From: Deferrisomatales bacterium
GTDB taxonomy: Bacteria; Desulfobacterota; Deferrisomatia; Deferrisomatales; JACRMM01
Reading direction: 5' to 3'
NCBI GenBank assembly: GCA_033551855.1
Contig: JAWSUI010000011.1
Location: 1 to 64,000, forward strand
Length of the DNA stretch: 64,000 bases
Shown here: positions 8,873 to 17,860 of the stretch, one piece after another
Position numbering within the stretch: the first letter of the stretch is position 1
Layout of the letters: each line of letters opens with the position of its first letter
Position numbers and translations under genes: made by a program
The notes under the pieces: model-generated
Databases searched by the model: none
What the model saw: the letters and a program-made list of their open reading frames with translations, nothing else
Told to the model about the DNA's origin: nothing

Positions 8873-9940
8873 TCAGGTCCCCAAGGCGTCGATCACGGCA
8901 CCGGTCACGTCCCGGGTGCGCGCGTTGCCCCCCAGGTCCGGCGTGCGCACCCGCCCCGCTCCGGTGACCGCCTCGATGGCGGCCATCAGACGCGCCTCGG
9001 CTTCCTCCTCCCCCAGGAATCCCAACATCATCGCGGCGGTCCAGAAGGCCGCGATGGGGTTGGCCACCTCTCGCCCGGCGATGTCGGGGGCGGAGCCGTG
9101 GACGGGCTCGAACATCGACGGGAACCTCCGCTCCGGGTTCAGGTTTGCCGAGGGGGCGACGCCGATGCTGCCGGCGACGGCCGGCCCCAGGTCGCTGAGG
9201 ATGTCGCCGAAGAGGTTGCTGCCCACGACCACGTCGAACCAGTCGGGGTGGAGCACGAAGTGGGCGGTGAGGATGTCGATGTGGAACCGGCTCGTCCGGA
9301 CCCCCGGGAACCGGAGGGCCATCTCGGCGAACCGCTCGTCCCAGAAGGGCATCGTGTGCACGATGCCGTTTGACTTGGTGGCCGAGGTCAGGTGGCGCCG
9401 CTTCCGGGAGGCGGCGAGCTCGAAGGCGTAGCGCAGCACGCGGTCGACCCCTCGGCGGGTGAAGACCGCGAGCTGGCTCACGGTCTCCTGGTCGGTGCCG
9501 GCGTAGAGGCGGCCGCCGATCTCCGAGTACTCCCCCTCGTTGTTCTCCCGGACGACCACGAAGTCGATGTCCCGGGCGGTCCGGCCGGCGAGGGGCGAGC
9601 GGATGCCCGGGAGCAGCCGCACGGGCCGCACGTTGACGTACTGCTCGAAGTGCCTCCGGATCGGGATGAGGAGACCCCAGAGGGAGACGTGGTCCGGCAC
9701 GCCGGGGAACCCCACGGCCCCCAGGAAGATCGCGTCGCACTGGGACAGCCGTTCGAGACCGTCCCCGGGCATCATGCGGCCGTGCTCCCGGTGGTAGGCG
9801 CAGGAGTACGGAAACTGCTTGTACGTCAGCCCGAAGCCATGCTGGTTCGCCACGGCGTCGAGCACCCGCACCCCCTCCGGGATCACCTCGGCGCCGATGC
9901 CGTCCCCAGGGACCAGGCTGATCACGTGTCGTCGGCCCAC
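8873..9940 (-). CDS. Tartrate dehydrogenase/D-malate dehydrogenase (decarboxylating)
   Basis: VPGDGIGAEV, VPDHVSLWGLLIPIRR, RENNEGEYS, TSATKSNG, SNLFGDILSDL and FEPVHGSAPDIAG. Confidence 0.9.
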   Translation of the reverse strand: MGRRHVISLVPGDGIGAEVIPEGVRVLDAVANQHGFGLTYKQFPYSCAYHREHGRMMPGDGLERLSQCDAIFLGAVGFPGVPDHVSLWGLLIPIRRHFEQYVNVRPVRLLPGIRSPLAGRTARDIDFVVVRENNEGEYSEIGGRLYAGTDQETVSQLAVFTRRGVDRVLRYAFELAASRKRRHLTSATKSNGIVHTMPFWDERFAEMALRFPGVRTSRFHIDILTAHFVLHPDWFDVVVGSNLFGDILSDLGPAVAGSIGVAPSANLNPERRFPSMFEPVHGSAPDIAGREVANPIAAFWTAAMMLGFLGEEEAEARLMAAIEAVTGAGRVRTPDLGGNARTRDVTGAVIDALGT

Positions 9941-10054
9941 GGTCCATGCTCCCTTCCGCCCAGATCCGGAGCCCCACCGCGCTTCGGCTCGCGGCCGCGT
10001 GCCGGCGGCGGCCCGCCCCCGATCTCCGGCGAAAGTTCGCTCGGGCACACGGGC

Positions 10055-11515
10055 TCAGCCCGCCAGGCGTGGTTGGCGGGCGGCGGCCACTTCGTCCAGG
10101 CGGGTGACGACGGTGCGGGAGGGGGCGCGCCGGAGGGCCTCGGGGTTTTCCCGCGCCTCCCGGGCAATCGCGCGGACCGCGGAGACGAAGGCGTCGAGGG
10201 TGTCCTTGGACTCCGTCTCGGTGGGCTCGATCATCAGGGCGCCCGCCACGACGAGGGGGAAGTAGACCGTGGGCGGGTGGAAGCCGTAGTCGATGAGGCG
10301 CTTGGCGAGGTCCAGGGTGGTCACCTTGTAGGGGCGCTGCCTGGCGTCCGTGAAGACACACTCGTGCATGCACGGGCGGTCGTGGGGCAGGTCGAGGACC
10401 TCCCGCAGGCGGACCCGCAGGTAGTTGGCGTTGAGCACCGCGAGGCGGCTCGCCTGGAGCAGCCCCTCGGGCCCGAGGCTCCGGATATACGCGTAGGCCC
10501 TCACCAGGACGCCGAAGTTCCCGTGGAAGGCGTGGACCTTCCCGATGGAGGAAAGGCTGTCCTCCCCCCACGCCAGGGTCCCGTCGGGCGCCCGCACGAC
10601 CCGTGGCACCGGGAGGAAGGGCTCCAGGTGGGACTTGACGCAGACGGGCCCGGCGCCCGGGCCCCCGCCTCCGTGGGGACCGGAGAAGGTCTTGTGGAGG
10701 TTGACGTGCATCACGTCGGCCCCGAGCTCTCCCAGGCGGGAGACCCCCAGGAGGGCGTTGAGGTTGGCGCCGTCGCAGTAGACCTGACCACCCTTGGCGT
10801 GGACCAGGCCTGCGATCTCCCGGAAGCTCTCCTCGAAGAGGCCCAGGGTGTTGGGGTTGGTGACCATGATCCCCGCGGTTTCCGCGTCCACGAGGGCGGC
10901 CACCCCCTCAGCGGTCAAAGTGCCCCGTCCCCCCGATGCCACGGGCACGGGCTGGTAGCCGCAGAGGGCGGCGCTCGCCGGGTTGGTGCCGTGGGCCGTG
11001 TCCGGGGTCAACACCTTCGAGCGTTTCTCTCCCCGGGAGCGGTGGTAGGCGTCGATGAGGAGGAGGCCGGTGAGCTCCCCCTGGGCGCCCGCTGCCGGCT
11101 GCAGGGACGCCGCGTCCATGCCCGTGATCTCCGCCAGAAACCTCTCGAGGTCCCACAGCAGGGCCAGCGCCCCCTGGGCCAGGGGGGCGGGCAGGAGGGG
11201 GTGGGCGCCGGCGAGGCCCGGGAGGGCCGCCAGACGGTCGTTCACCTTGGGGTTGTACTTCATGGTGCAGGATCCCAGGGGGTAGAATGCCGTGTCGACC
11301 CCCAGGTTCCACTGGGAGAGCCGGGTGTAGTGGCGCACCACGTCGGGCTCGCTGAGCTCCGGGAGGTCGGGCGGCTCACCCACCAGCGCCGCGTCGATCG
11401 GCGCGGGGGCCACGTCCCGCCTCGGAAGGGAGTAGCCGAGGCGGCCCGGCCGGCCCCTCTCCCAGAGCAGAGGCTCGTGAAAGACCAATCCGCTCCTGCC
11501 CACCGCGCCCATCAT
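10055..11515 (-). CDS. gcvPB: Glycine dehydrogenase (decarboxylating) subunit 2
   Basis: LPELSEPDVVRHYTRLS, YPLGSCTMKYNP, HVNLHKTFSGPHGGGGPG and IEPTETESK. ATGA overlap with gcvPA. Confidence 0.95.
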   Translation of the reverse strand: MMGAVGRSGLVFHEPLLWERGRPGRLGYSLPRRDVAPAPIDAALVGEPPDLPELSEPDVVRHYTRLSQWNLGVDTAFYPLGSCTMKYNPKVNDRLAALPGLAGAHPLLPAPLAQGALALLWDLERFLAEITGMDAASLQPAAGAQGELTGLLLIDAYHRSRGEKRSKVLTPDTAHGTNPASAALCGYQPVPVASGGRGTLTAEGVAALVDAETAGIMVTNPNTLGLFEESFREIAGLVHAKGGQVYCDGANLNALLGVSRLGELGADVMHVNLHKTFSGPHGGGGPGAGPVCVKSHLEPFLPVPRVVRAPDGTLAWGEDSLSSIGKVHAFHGNFGVLVRAYAYIRSLGPEGLLQASRLAVLNANYLRVRLREVLDLPHDRPCMHECVFTDARQRPYKVTTLDLAKRLIDYGFHPPTVYFPLVVAGALMIEPTETESKDTLDAFVSAVRAIAREARENPEALRRAPSRTVVTRLDEVAAARQPRLAG

Positions 11516-12843
11516 GTCGACATCGCCTCCGCAAGGGCGTCCAGGTCCTCCCGGGTCTTGGTCTCGGTGACGCACAGGAGGGTCGAGCCCTCGTACTCCG
11601 GGTAGTGATTCCCCAGGGGAAGGCCGGCGACGAATCCCCGCTCCCGCAGGTCCTCCCAGCGCCCCGCGGCCGTTCCGGGCCAGCACACCGCGAACTCGTG
11701 GAAGGTGGGCGCGGAGAACCGGGGGGCGATCCCGGCGGCGCGCAGCCTCGCCTTGAGATACTCCGCCTTGTCGTAGTTGAGCCGTGCCAGAGCCCTCAGC
11801 CCCTGCGGTCCCAGGCACGCCAGGTACACGGCGGCCGTCAGGGCGCACAGGCTCTGGTTGGTGCACACGTTGGAGGTGGCCCGCTCCCGCCGGATGTGCT
11901 GCTCCCGGGTGGCGAGGGTGAGCACGAAGCCCTCCCGGCCCTCGCGGTCCCGGGCCCTGCCCACCAGCCGGCCCGGCAGGTGGCGCACGAACTCCCGTCG
12001 TGCCGCGAAGATCCCCAGGCCGGGGCCCCCGAAGGAGGGGGCCAGGCCCAGGCTTTGCCCTTCCCCGCAGGCGAGGTCGGCACCCAGGGAGCCCGGAGAG
12101 CGCAGGAGACCGTACGCCAGCGCCTCGGCGAAGCAGGAGACCAGGAGCGAGCCCGCCGAGCGGGCTGCCGCCGCCGCCGCCCCCAGGTCCTCGATGCAGC
12201 CGAAGAAGTTGGGCGACTGCACCGCCACCCCGGCCAGGCCCTTCGCCCCTTCCAGGGAGGAGAGGTCGGTGCGGCCGTCTTCCCCTACCGGGAGCTCGAG
12301 CACCTCGAAGTCCGTGGGCGCGAGGTAGGTTCCCAGGACCCGGCGGTAGGCCGGGTGGATCGCCCGAGAGACCGCGACACGGTGTCGGCGGGTGACCCGC
12401 AGGGCCAGAAGGAGACCCTCCGCAAGGGCCGATGCCCCGTCGTACAGCGATGCGTTGGAGAGGTCCAGCCCCAGCAGCCGGGAAACCAGGGTCTGGTACT
12501 CGTAGATGGCCTGCAGGGTGCCCTGGCTCGCCTCGGGCTGGTAGGGCGTGTAGGACGTGACGAACTCCGAGCGGCCCGCTATGGCGGACACGGCCGCGGG
12601 GACGAAGTGGTCGTAACTTCCAGCACCGAGGAAGACCCGGTGTCGGGGAGGTCCCTCCAGGGTGCGGGCCAGGTCCTCCAGGTGCCGGGTGAGCTCCCAC
12701 TCGTCGAGCGGCTCGGGAAGGGCGAGGAGGCCGCGCACGCGGCAGTCCTCCGGCACCGGCGCGAAGAGGTCGTCGAGGGTCGCGGCCCCGACCTCCGCGA
12801 GCATGGCGGCGACCTCCTCCGGCGTGTGGGGGAAGTAGCGCAT
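11512..12843 (-). CDS. gcvPA: Glycine dehydrogenase (decarboxylating) subunit 1
   Basis: MRYFPHT, FLGAGSY, TSYTPYQPEASQGTLQ, NASLYDG and TREQHIRRERATSNVCTNQ. Confidence 0.95.
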   Translation of the reverse strand: MRYFPHTPEEVAAMLAEVGAATLDDLFAPVPEDCRVRGLLALPEPLDEWELTRHLEDLARTLEGPPRHRVFLGAGSYDHFVPAAVSAIAGRSEFVTSYTPYQPEASQGTLQAIYEYQTLVSRLLGLDLSNASLYDGASALAEGLLLALRVTRRHRVAVSRAIHPAYRRVLGTYLAPTDFEVLELPVGEDGRTDLSSLEGAKGLAGVAVQSPNFFGCIEDLGAAAAAARSAGSLLVSCFAEALAYGLLRSPGSLGADLACGEGQSLGLAPSFGGPGLGIFAARREFVRHLPGRLVGRARDREGREGFVLTLATREQHIRRERATSNVCTNQSLCALTAAVYLACLGPQGLRALARLNYDKAEYLKARLRAAGIAPRFSAPTFHEFAVCWPGTAAGRWEDLRERGFVAGLPLGNHYPEYEGSTLLCVTETKTREDLDALAEAMST

Positions 12844-13257
12844 CTACCCGGGCCCTCCGCCCGATTCCAGCGTCGCCCGGTAGGCCTCCGCGGACAGGAG
12901 GGGCTCCGCCCAGCCCGGGGCCTCCGGGCGGGCCAGAACCAACCACCCGTCGCCGTAGGGGCTCTCGTTGACGAGCTGCGGGGCGTCCTCCAGGGCCCCG
13001 TTGACTTCCACGACCTCCCCCGCGAAGGGAAGGTACAGGGCAGAGACGGCCTTCACGGATTCGACCGTGCCGAGCTCTTCCCCGGCACCGAACCGGGCCC
13101 CCGGCGCCGGGAGCTCCACGTAGACCACGTCCCCGAGCTGATCCTGGGCGAAGTCGGTGATCCCGACCCTCACCAGGTCGCCGACCCGGGCCGACCACTC
13201 GTGGCTCGCGGTGTAGAGGAGGTCCGTGGGGTAGACCAGCTCGGAAAGATCCTTCAT
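12844..13257 (-). CDS. gcvH: Glycine cleavage system H protein
   Basis: YTASHEW, VGITDFAQDQLGDVVYVELP, lipoyl motif VESVKAVS and NESPYGDGW. Confidence 0.97.
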   Translation of the reverse strand: MKDLSELVYPTDLLYTASHEWSARVGDLVRVGITDFAQDQLGDVVYVELPAPGARFGAGEELGTVESVKAVSALYLPFAGEVVEVNGALEDAPQLVNESPYGDGWLVLARPEAPGWAEPLLSAEAYRATLESGGGPG

Positions 13258-13299
13258 GGCACCTCCATCATCGTGGGAGCGGCCTTGTTCGCGTAGTCC

Positions 13300-15945
13300 C
13301 TACACCAACCCCCTCAGCTCCCCCAGTGCCGCGTCGAGCTCCCCGCCCCGGAAGCAGTAGCCGAGCTCCCGGAACCCCCGGCGCAGGGCCTTCACCTCGG
13401 TCCCCACGTCGCGTCCCCGGAGCACGGCGTCGGCGAGGAGCCCGGCGGCGGCCTGGAACGCCTCGGGCCCCATGCCGAACCGGGTCATTTCCGCAACCCC
13501 GAGTCGAAGGCCGCCCGCGGCAGTGAACCCCTCCTCGTCCGGCGTCGCCTGGTAGTTGCACAAGATGTTGCTTTGTTCCAGGCGCCGCGCGACCTCCGGT
13601 CCCCGGCCGTAGCCCACGTTCACGACCACCTGGTGGGTCTGCGTGAAGCCGACAGCCGGGTCTCCGGCGACCTCGAGACCGGCCTCCGCCAGGGCCCGTG
13701 CAAACGCCTTGGCATTGCCAAGAACGGCCGGCTGGTACTCGTCCTTGAAGTGGTTCATCTCGTAGGCCGCGACGAGGCAGCCCAGGAGCGTCCCCAGGTG
13801 GTGGTTGGAGACCGAGCCGGGGAAGGTGCGCCGCTGCACCGCTTCCCATAGCTCGTAGCGCTCCTCGTGCTCGTCCCAGTCGCAGGCGACGATCCCCCGC
13901 TGGGGGCCGAAGAAGGTCTTGTGGGTGGAGCCCGTCACCAGGTGGGCGCCCTCGGCGAAGGGTTCCTGGAAGTGGGGGCCCACCAGTCCCAGGACGTGGG
14001 CCATGTCGTAGAGGATCAGGGTGTCGAGGTTCTGGTCGTCCACGAATCCCCGAAGCTCGGCGACGGGCTCGGGGTGGAGCACCATGCTCTTGCCCAGGAC
14101 GATGAGGCGCGGCCGGTAGCGGTCGATCACCTCCAGGGCCTGAGGCACGTCGATGCGGTAGGGGTTGTCTGCGAGCACGGGGAGCTCCTCCACCGCGGGA
14201 CGGTCGGTGCGGGGGTTCCGTGCCACGAAGTCCCGCAGCGCGCCCATGGGCTGGGCGCTGAGGTGCCCCCCTCGGATGATGTGGTTGTTGACCACCTGGC
14301 GGAGCCTCCCGGGCTCCCGTTTGGGGTCGGCCCGGTTCACATACTCCACCAGGGCGCTGAAGACCACCGCGTTCGCCATCTGGCCGCTGATGGGGCGGAC
14401 CTCGACCTCCCGGCACCCCAGGTACCGCCGCATCTCCTCGGTCAAGAGGCGCTCCACCTCCCGGATGAAGTCCACCCCCTGGTAATAGAAGACCTCCTCC
14501 TCGTAGAAGGCCTCCACCTTCTTGTGCTCCGCGTAACGAAAGGCCGGGTCCATCACGGAGGCCAGCCGCACCATGGGCGAGGGGGTCATCTCCGAGGGGA
14601 TGAGGTTCAGGCACTGCTCCTGACGCCAGCGGGTGTTGTCCGCGGTGCGGCGCATCAGGCCGAGGACCAGGGAGGGCCGATCCCCGGACGGGGGCTCCGG
14701 GGAGGGAAGCTCGTGGCCGTGCAGGATCGGCCGGGCGTAGGGGGGGGCCTCGCTGCGGAGGTGGTGCTCGACCACAACGGCCTCCACGGGACGCCCCCGG
14801 ATCTCCACGTCGACCCGGTCGTCCCAGACCAGGTCGCAGTCCAGATAGGCCAGGCAGAGGGAGCGCAGCCCGTGGCGTTCCGTGGGCGCGGCCTCCAGCC
14901 CGTCGCCGTCGAACACCCAGTACGGGACCCGAGTGCCGCTGGTGATCCAGCCCACGTGGCGGCCCTGCCGCAGCACCCGGTCCCCCGCCCGCGCGACCCC
15001 CGCCCCCAGCAGAGCCACGGGCTGGATGAGGCGCGGCAGGTCCTGCCGCAACGCGTAATCCCGGTAGGTGATCCTTTCGAAGGCGTCGTGCTGCCGCAGC
15101 AGGGCCTGCCGGCCCACGTAGGCACCTTTTCGGAGCGAGAAACTCACCGCGGTTTTCGCGGAGGGGGTCGCGTAGATCGGGATCTCCGCCCCGCCGGGGT
15201 CGAGGCCGAGCTCGTGGCCGTACAGGGGGAGGCCCGCCTCCAACCGCAGGGTGTCCCGGGCCCCGAGGCCCGCGGGTGCCGCCCCGGCGGCCACGAGGCG
15301 GTCCCACAGCCCGGCGCCCTCCTCGGCCCCGGTGTGGAGCTCGAAGCACAGGGGCTCTCCGGTGTACCCGCTGCGGGAGACCCGCACCGTCGCATCCCCG
15401 ATGCGCACCTCTCCGAGCTCGTTCCGGAGGGGGTCGGGGAGCCGCCCGGCGTCGATCAGGGATTCCAGGATCGCCCGGGAGCGGGGGCCCTGGAGCGCCA
15501 TCATCGCCGTGCGCGGGGTGAGGTCGTCGAGCCCCACATCGCCGAAGTGGCCCTGGTGGTCCTCCAGGTGCGCGAGGTCCTTCAGCCGGTTGGCCGCGTT
15601 CACCACCAACAGGTACGCGCCCTCCTCGAACCGGCACAGGTAGGCATCGTCCACGGCCCCCCCGGATGGGGTCGGGATGAGGGTGTACTGGGCCTCCCCC
15701 ACGTCCGGCCCGGCTGCGTTGTTGGTGAGCACGTGCTGCAGGAAGGGCAGGGCGTCCCCGCCCCGCACCGCCAGCCGTCCCATGTGGGAGACGTCGAAGA
15801 GGCCGGCCCCCCGGCGGCAGGCCAGGTGCTCCCGGACGATCCCGGCGGGGTACTGGAGCGGCATCTCCCACCCTCCGAACCCCACGAAATGGGCCCGGAG
15901 TCCTCGGTGGCGGTCGTACAGGGGGGTGCGCAGGAGCTCGTCCAT
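13300..15945 (-). CDS. gcvT-glyA: Fusion of aminomethyltransferase (GcvT) and serine hydroxymethyltransferase (GlyA)
   Basis: N-half: LRTPLY, FGGWEMP, LFDVSHMG, RSGYTGE, GLGARDTLRLEAGL. C-half: LNLIPSE, PISGQMAN, GGHLS, YDMAHVLGL and TGSTHKTFFGPQRG (PLP lysine). One continuous ORF. Confidence 0.92.
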   Translation of the reverse strand: MDELLRTPLYDRHRGLRAHFVGFGGWEMPLQYPAGIVREHLACRRGAGLFDVSHMGRLAVRGGDALPFLQHVLTNNAAGPDVGEAQYTLIPTPSGGAVDDAYLCRFEEGAYLLVVNAANRLKDLAHLEDHQGHFGDVGLDDLTPRTAMMALQGPRSRAILESLIDAGRLPDPLRNELGEVRIGDATVRVSRSGYTGEPLCFELHTGAEEGAGLWDRLVAAGAAPAGLGARDTLRLEAGLPLYGHELGLDPGGAEIPIYATPSAKTAVSFSLRKGAYVGRQALLRQHDAFERITYRDYALRQDLPRLIQPVALLGAGVARAGDRVLRQGRHVGWITSGTRVPYWVFDGDGLEAAPTERHGLRSLCLAYLDCDLVWDDRVDVEIRGRPVEAVVVEHHLRSEAPPYARPILHGHELPSPEPPSGDRPSLVLGLMRRTADNTRWRQEQCLNLIPSEMTPSPMVRLASVMDPAFRYAEHKKVEAFYEEEVFYYQGVDFIREVERLLTEEMRRYLGCREVEVRPISGQMANAVVFSALVEYVNRADPKREPGRLRQVVNNHIIRGGHLSAQPMGALRDFVARNPRTDRPAVEELPVLADNPYRIDVPQALEVIDRYRPRLIVLGKSMVLHPEPVAELRGFVDDQNLDTLILYDMAHVLGLVGPHFQEPFAEGAHLVTGSTHKTFFGPQRGIVACDWDEHEERYELWEAVQRRTFPGSVSNHHLGTLLGCLVAAYEMNHFKDEYQPAVLGNAKAFARALAEAGLEVAGDPAVGFTQTHQVVVNVGYGRGPEVARRLEQSNILCNYQATPDEEGFTAAGGLRLGVAEMTRFGMGPEAFQAAAGLLADAVLRGRDVGTEVKALRRGFRELGYCFRGGELDAALGELRGLV

Positions 15946-16096
15946 GCCGGACCCTCGCTTTGCCCCGCCGGGCGGGGGATCCCCCCGGCCCAGGCATTGA
16001 AGCGCGTCCTCGGGATTCGTCAAGGCGGGAGGTGTCCCCACCGCGACCCCGCCACGTGCTCGGGGCGGGGGAGCCCCTCCCCCCGCCCGAAAATCT

Positions 16097-16122
16097 GGAT
16101 CATCCGGGAGATGAACGGGTAC
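16097..16122 (+). promoter_or_regulatory. Candidate alternative-sigma promoter (GGAT-N16-GGGTAC) for repeat element copy 1
   Basis: The motif and its spacing are conserved in copy 2 (GGTT-N16-GGGTAC). It lies about 11 nt before the long stem. Confidence 0.3.
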
Positions 16123-16306
16123 TCGTGTCCAGGGACGATCGGGTGGGCCCGAACACGTAGGCGCACGGCCGCTCGACGGGAGCAGCCGCTTCGGGAGTCG
16201 CGATGCCGCGAGGATTCCGGACGCGGCGGGGGAGAGCACCTACCGTGCAGCCCGGCCTCCTCTGCCGGAGTGGGCGGGCCCACCCGGTCGTTTGCCGGAA
16301 GAACCG
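16103..16306 (+). ncRNA. Structured intergenic element, 6S RNA-like, copy 1
   Basis: Closing stem GACGATCGGGTGGGCCCG (16134-16151) pairs with CGGGCCCACCCGGTCGTT (16275-16292). Internal GGGAGC and GCACCTACC motifs. About 87% identical without gaps to 36274-36477 (minus). Strand is inferred. Confidence 0.6.
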
Positions 16307-16376
16307 AGAATCTGGTGGGGACTTGGGTGTCCCGGGTTTCCCCGCCCCCTCGGCAAGTGGGGTCCGGGTCCTGCGT

Positions 16377-17057
16377 CTACCTCGAAGGGGCGCGGCGACA
16401 GGGCAGGGGGCGGCGGTACTCCAGAGCGGGCCGCTCGTCCGCGGCGGAAGAGGGGAAGATCAGGGTCGTGACCGACCCGGTGGCCGGGTAGCCTCCCTCG
16501 ATGCCCAGCGGGGCGAGGCCAAGCTTGTTGGCGGGAGTGATCTCGCGGCCTCCGGCCCACAGGGCCAGAAAGGCGATGGGGTCCCCGTGGGTCACGGCTG
16601 CCGTGTGGGCCCCGAGGAAGCACCGACGCGTCCGAGCCACGAATCGCAGCACCCGGGCCAGCACGTCGGCCGGCTGCTCGAACCCCGGGCCCGCCCCGGT
16701 ATACACGTCGTCGGCCCTCCGGCGTACCTCCTCGGCGGGGAGCCCCTGGAAGGGGGTGTGGACCTCCAGGAGGAGGCGCGACACCCGAAGGCGGAGTGCC
16801 CCGTTGCAGCGCGAGACCTCGGTTGCGGTCTGTCGGGCCCGGAGCAGGGGACTGGAGAAGACCGCGGCCAGAGGGGGGGCGGAGAGAATCGCCGCCGCGG
16901 CGCGGGCCTCGTCCCGCCCGGAGGGGCTCAACCCGAAGGCGGGGAGGCGGCCGTAGAACACCTGGCCGGGGTTATGCACTCGGCCGTGGCGGACGAGGGA
17001 GATGCGGGTGGGGGTCCCGGCGGACTCGGAGCGCCTCCTGCCCCTGGCAGGACTCAC
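16377..17057 (-). CDS. Histidine phosphatase (phosphoglycerate mutase) family protein
   Basis: LVRHG, FSSPLLRARQTA and VTHGDPI. The GTG start overlaps the stop of the RluA-family gene. Confidence 0.88.
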   Translation of the reverse strand: MSPARGRRRSESAGTPTRISLVRHGRVHNPGQVFYGRLPAFGLSPSGRDEARAAAAILSAPPLAAVFSSPLLRARQTATEVSRCNGALRLRVSRLLLEVHTPFQGLPAEEVRRRADDVYTGAGPGFEQPADVLARVLRFVARTRRCFLGAHTAAVTHGDPIAFLALWAGGREITPANKLGLAPLGIEGGYPATGSVTTLIFPSSAADERPALEYRRPLPCRRAPSR

Positions 17058-17803
17058 CGCGCGTCGTCCTCTTGGGCGGTCCCAGGCGGCCGGTTCGACG
17101 GGCTGCGCAGGCGCGCGACCAGCGCCCCCATGTCCCGGGCGAGGGGGGCTTCGAAGGAGACCGGCCTGCCGGTGACGGGGTGGAGGAAGGAGAGTTTCCA
17201 TGCGTGCAGGGCCTGGCGCTGGAGCCTGGCTTCGCGGGCCTCCTCCTCCGCGTAGTGCCGATCCCCCACCAGAGGGTGGCCGACGGCCCGAAACTGCACC
17301 CGGATCTGGTTCTTCAGGCCGGACTCCAGCCGTACCTCGAGGAGGGTGGCGGCCCGCAGGTGCTCGGCCACGCGGTAGTGGGTCACGGCTTCCGTGCCCC
17401 CCCGGGTGACCACCCGCTGCCGGAAACCGTCCGCCGTGAGCTCGAGCCGGTGGCGCAGGGTTCCCGCCTCCGGCTCCACCCGCCCCCGCACCAGGGCCAG
17501 ATACGTCCTCTCCGGGGTGCGGCCTCGGAATTGGTGGACCAGGTTCTGCCAAGCGGCGCGGCTCTTGGCAAAGACCACGAGCCCCGAGGTGTACCGGTCG
17601 ATGCGGTGGACCGGAAGTGCCCGTCGCTTCTGGCTGACGAGATAGCGGTCGAGGAGGTCCTTCAGGTTGCGCGAGCGCTTGCCGGGGATGGGGACCGTGA
17701 GGATTCCCGCGTCCTTGTCGGCCACGATGAGGTGTACGTCTTCGTTGACGATGCGGAAGGGGCGCTGACGGGCCTTTCGGGGTCGGTCTCGAGGGTCTGT
17801 CAC
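17054..17803 (-). CDS. RluA family pseudouridine synthase
   Basis: VADKDAGIL, VHRIDRYTSGL (catalytic Asp), AVTHY, LESGLKNQIRV, GHPLVGD and RQALHA. Confidence 0.92.
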   Translation of the reverse strand: MTDPRDRPRKARQRPFRIVNEDVHLIVADKDAGILTVPIPGKRSRNLKDLLDRYLVSQKRRALPVHRIDRYTSGLVVFAKSRAAWQNLVHQFRGRTPERTYLALVRGRVEPEAGTLRHRLELTADGFRQRVVTRGGTEAVTHYRVAEHLRAATLLEVRLESGLKNQIRVQFRAVGHPLVGDRHYAEEEAREARLQRQALHAWKLSFLHPVTGRPVSFEAPLARDMGALVARLRSPSNRPPGTAQEDDAR

Positions 17804-17860
17804 GGCGGCTCCCGGCGCAGGGCGGAGGAGGCACCTTCCTAAGCCATCCCCGACCCTCTG

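Noticed and set aside
16103..16306. Duplicated element as a MITE or IS end
   Set aside because: The inverted repeat is internal to the conserved block, no target-site duplication is seen and no transposase is present. It cannot be fully excluded without a genome-wide copy count.
15946..16376. Glycine or ZMP/ZTP riboswitch expected upstream of gcvT-glyA
   Set aside because: I could not find the glycine aptamer core (GGAGA...CCGAAG...CTYTCAGG) or the pfl motif on the minus strand. The space holds the duplicated element, whose other copy is next to hup.
9392..16491. Very long plus-strand ORFs (737, 563 and 874 aa) and similar antisense or alternate-frame ORFs throughout the window
   Set aside because: They are shadow frames of real high-GC genes, rich in Arg/Gly/Pro and without recognisable motifs.
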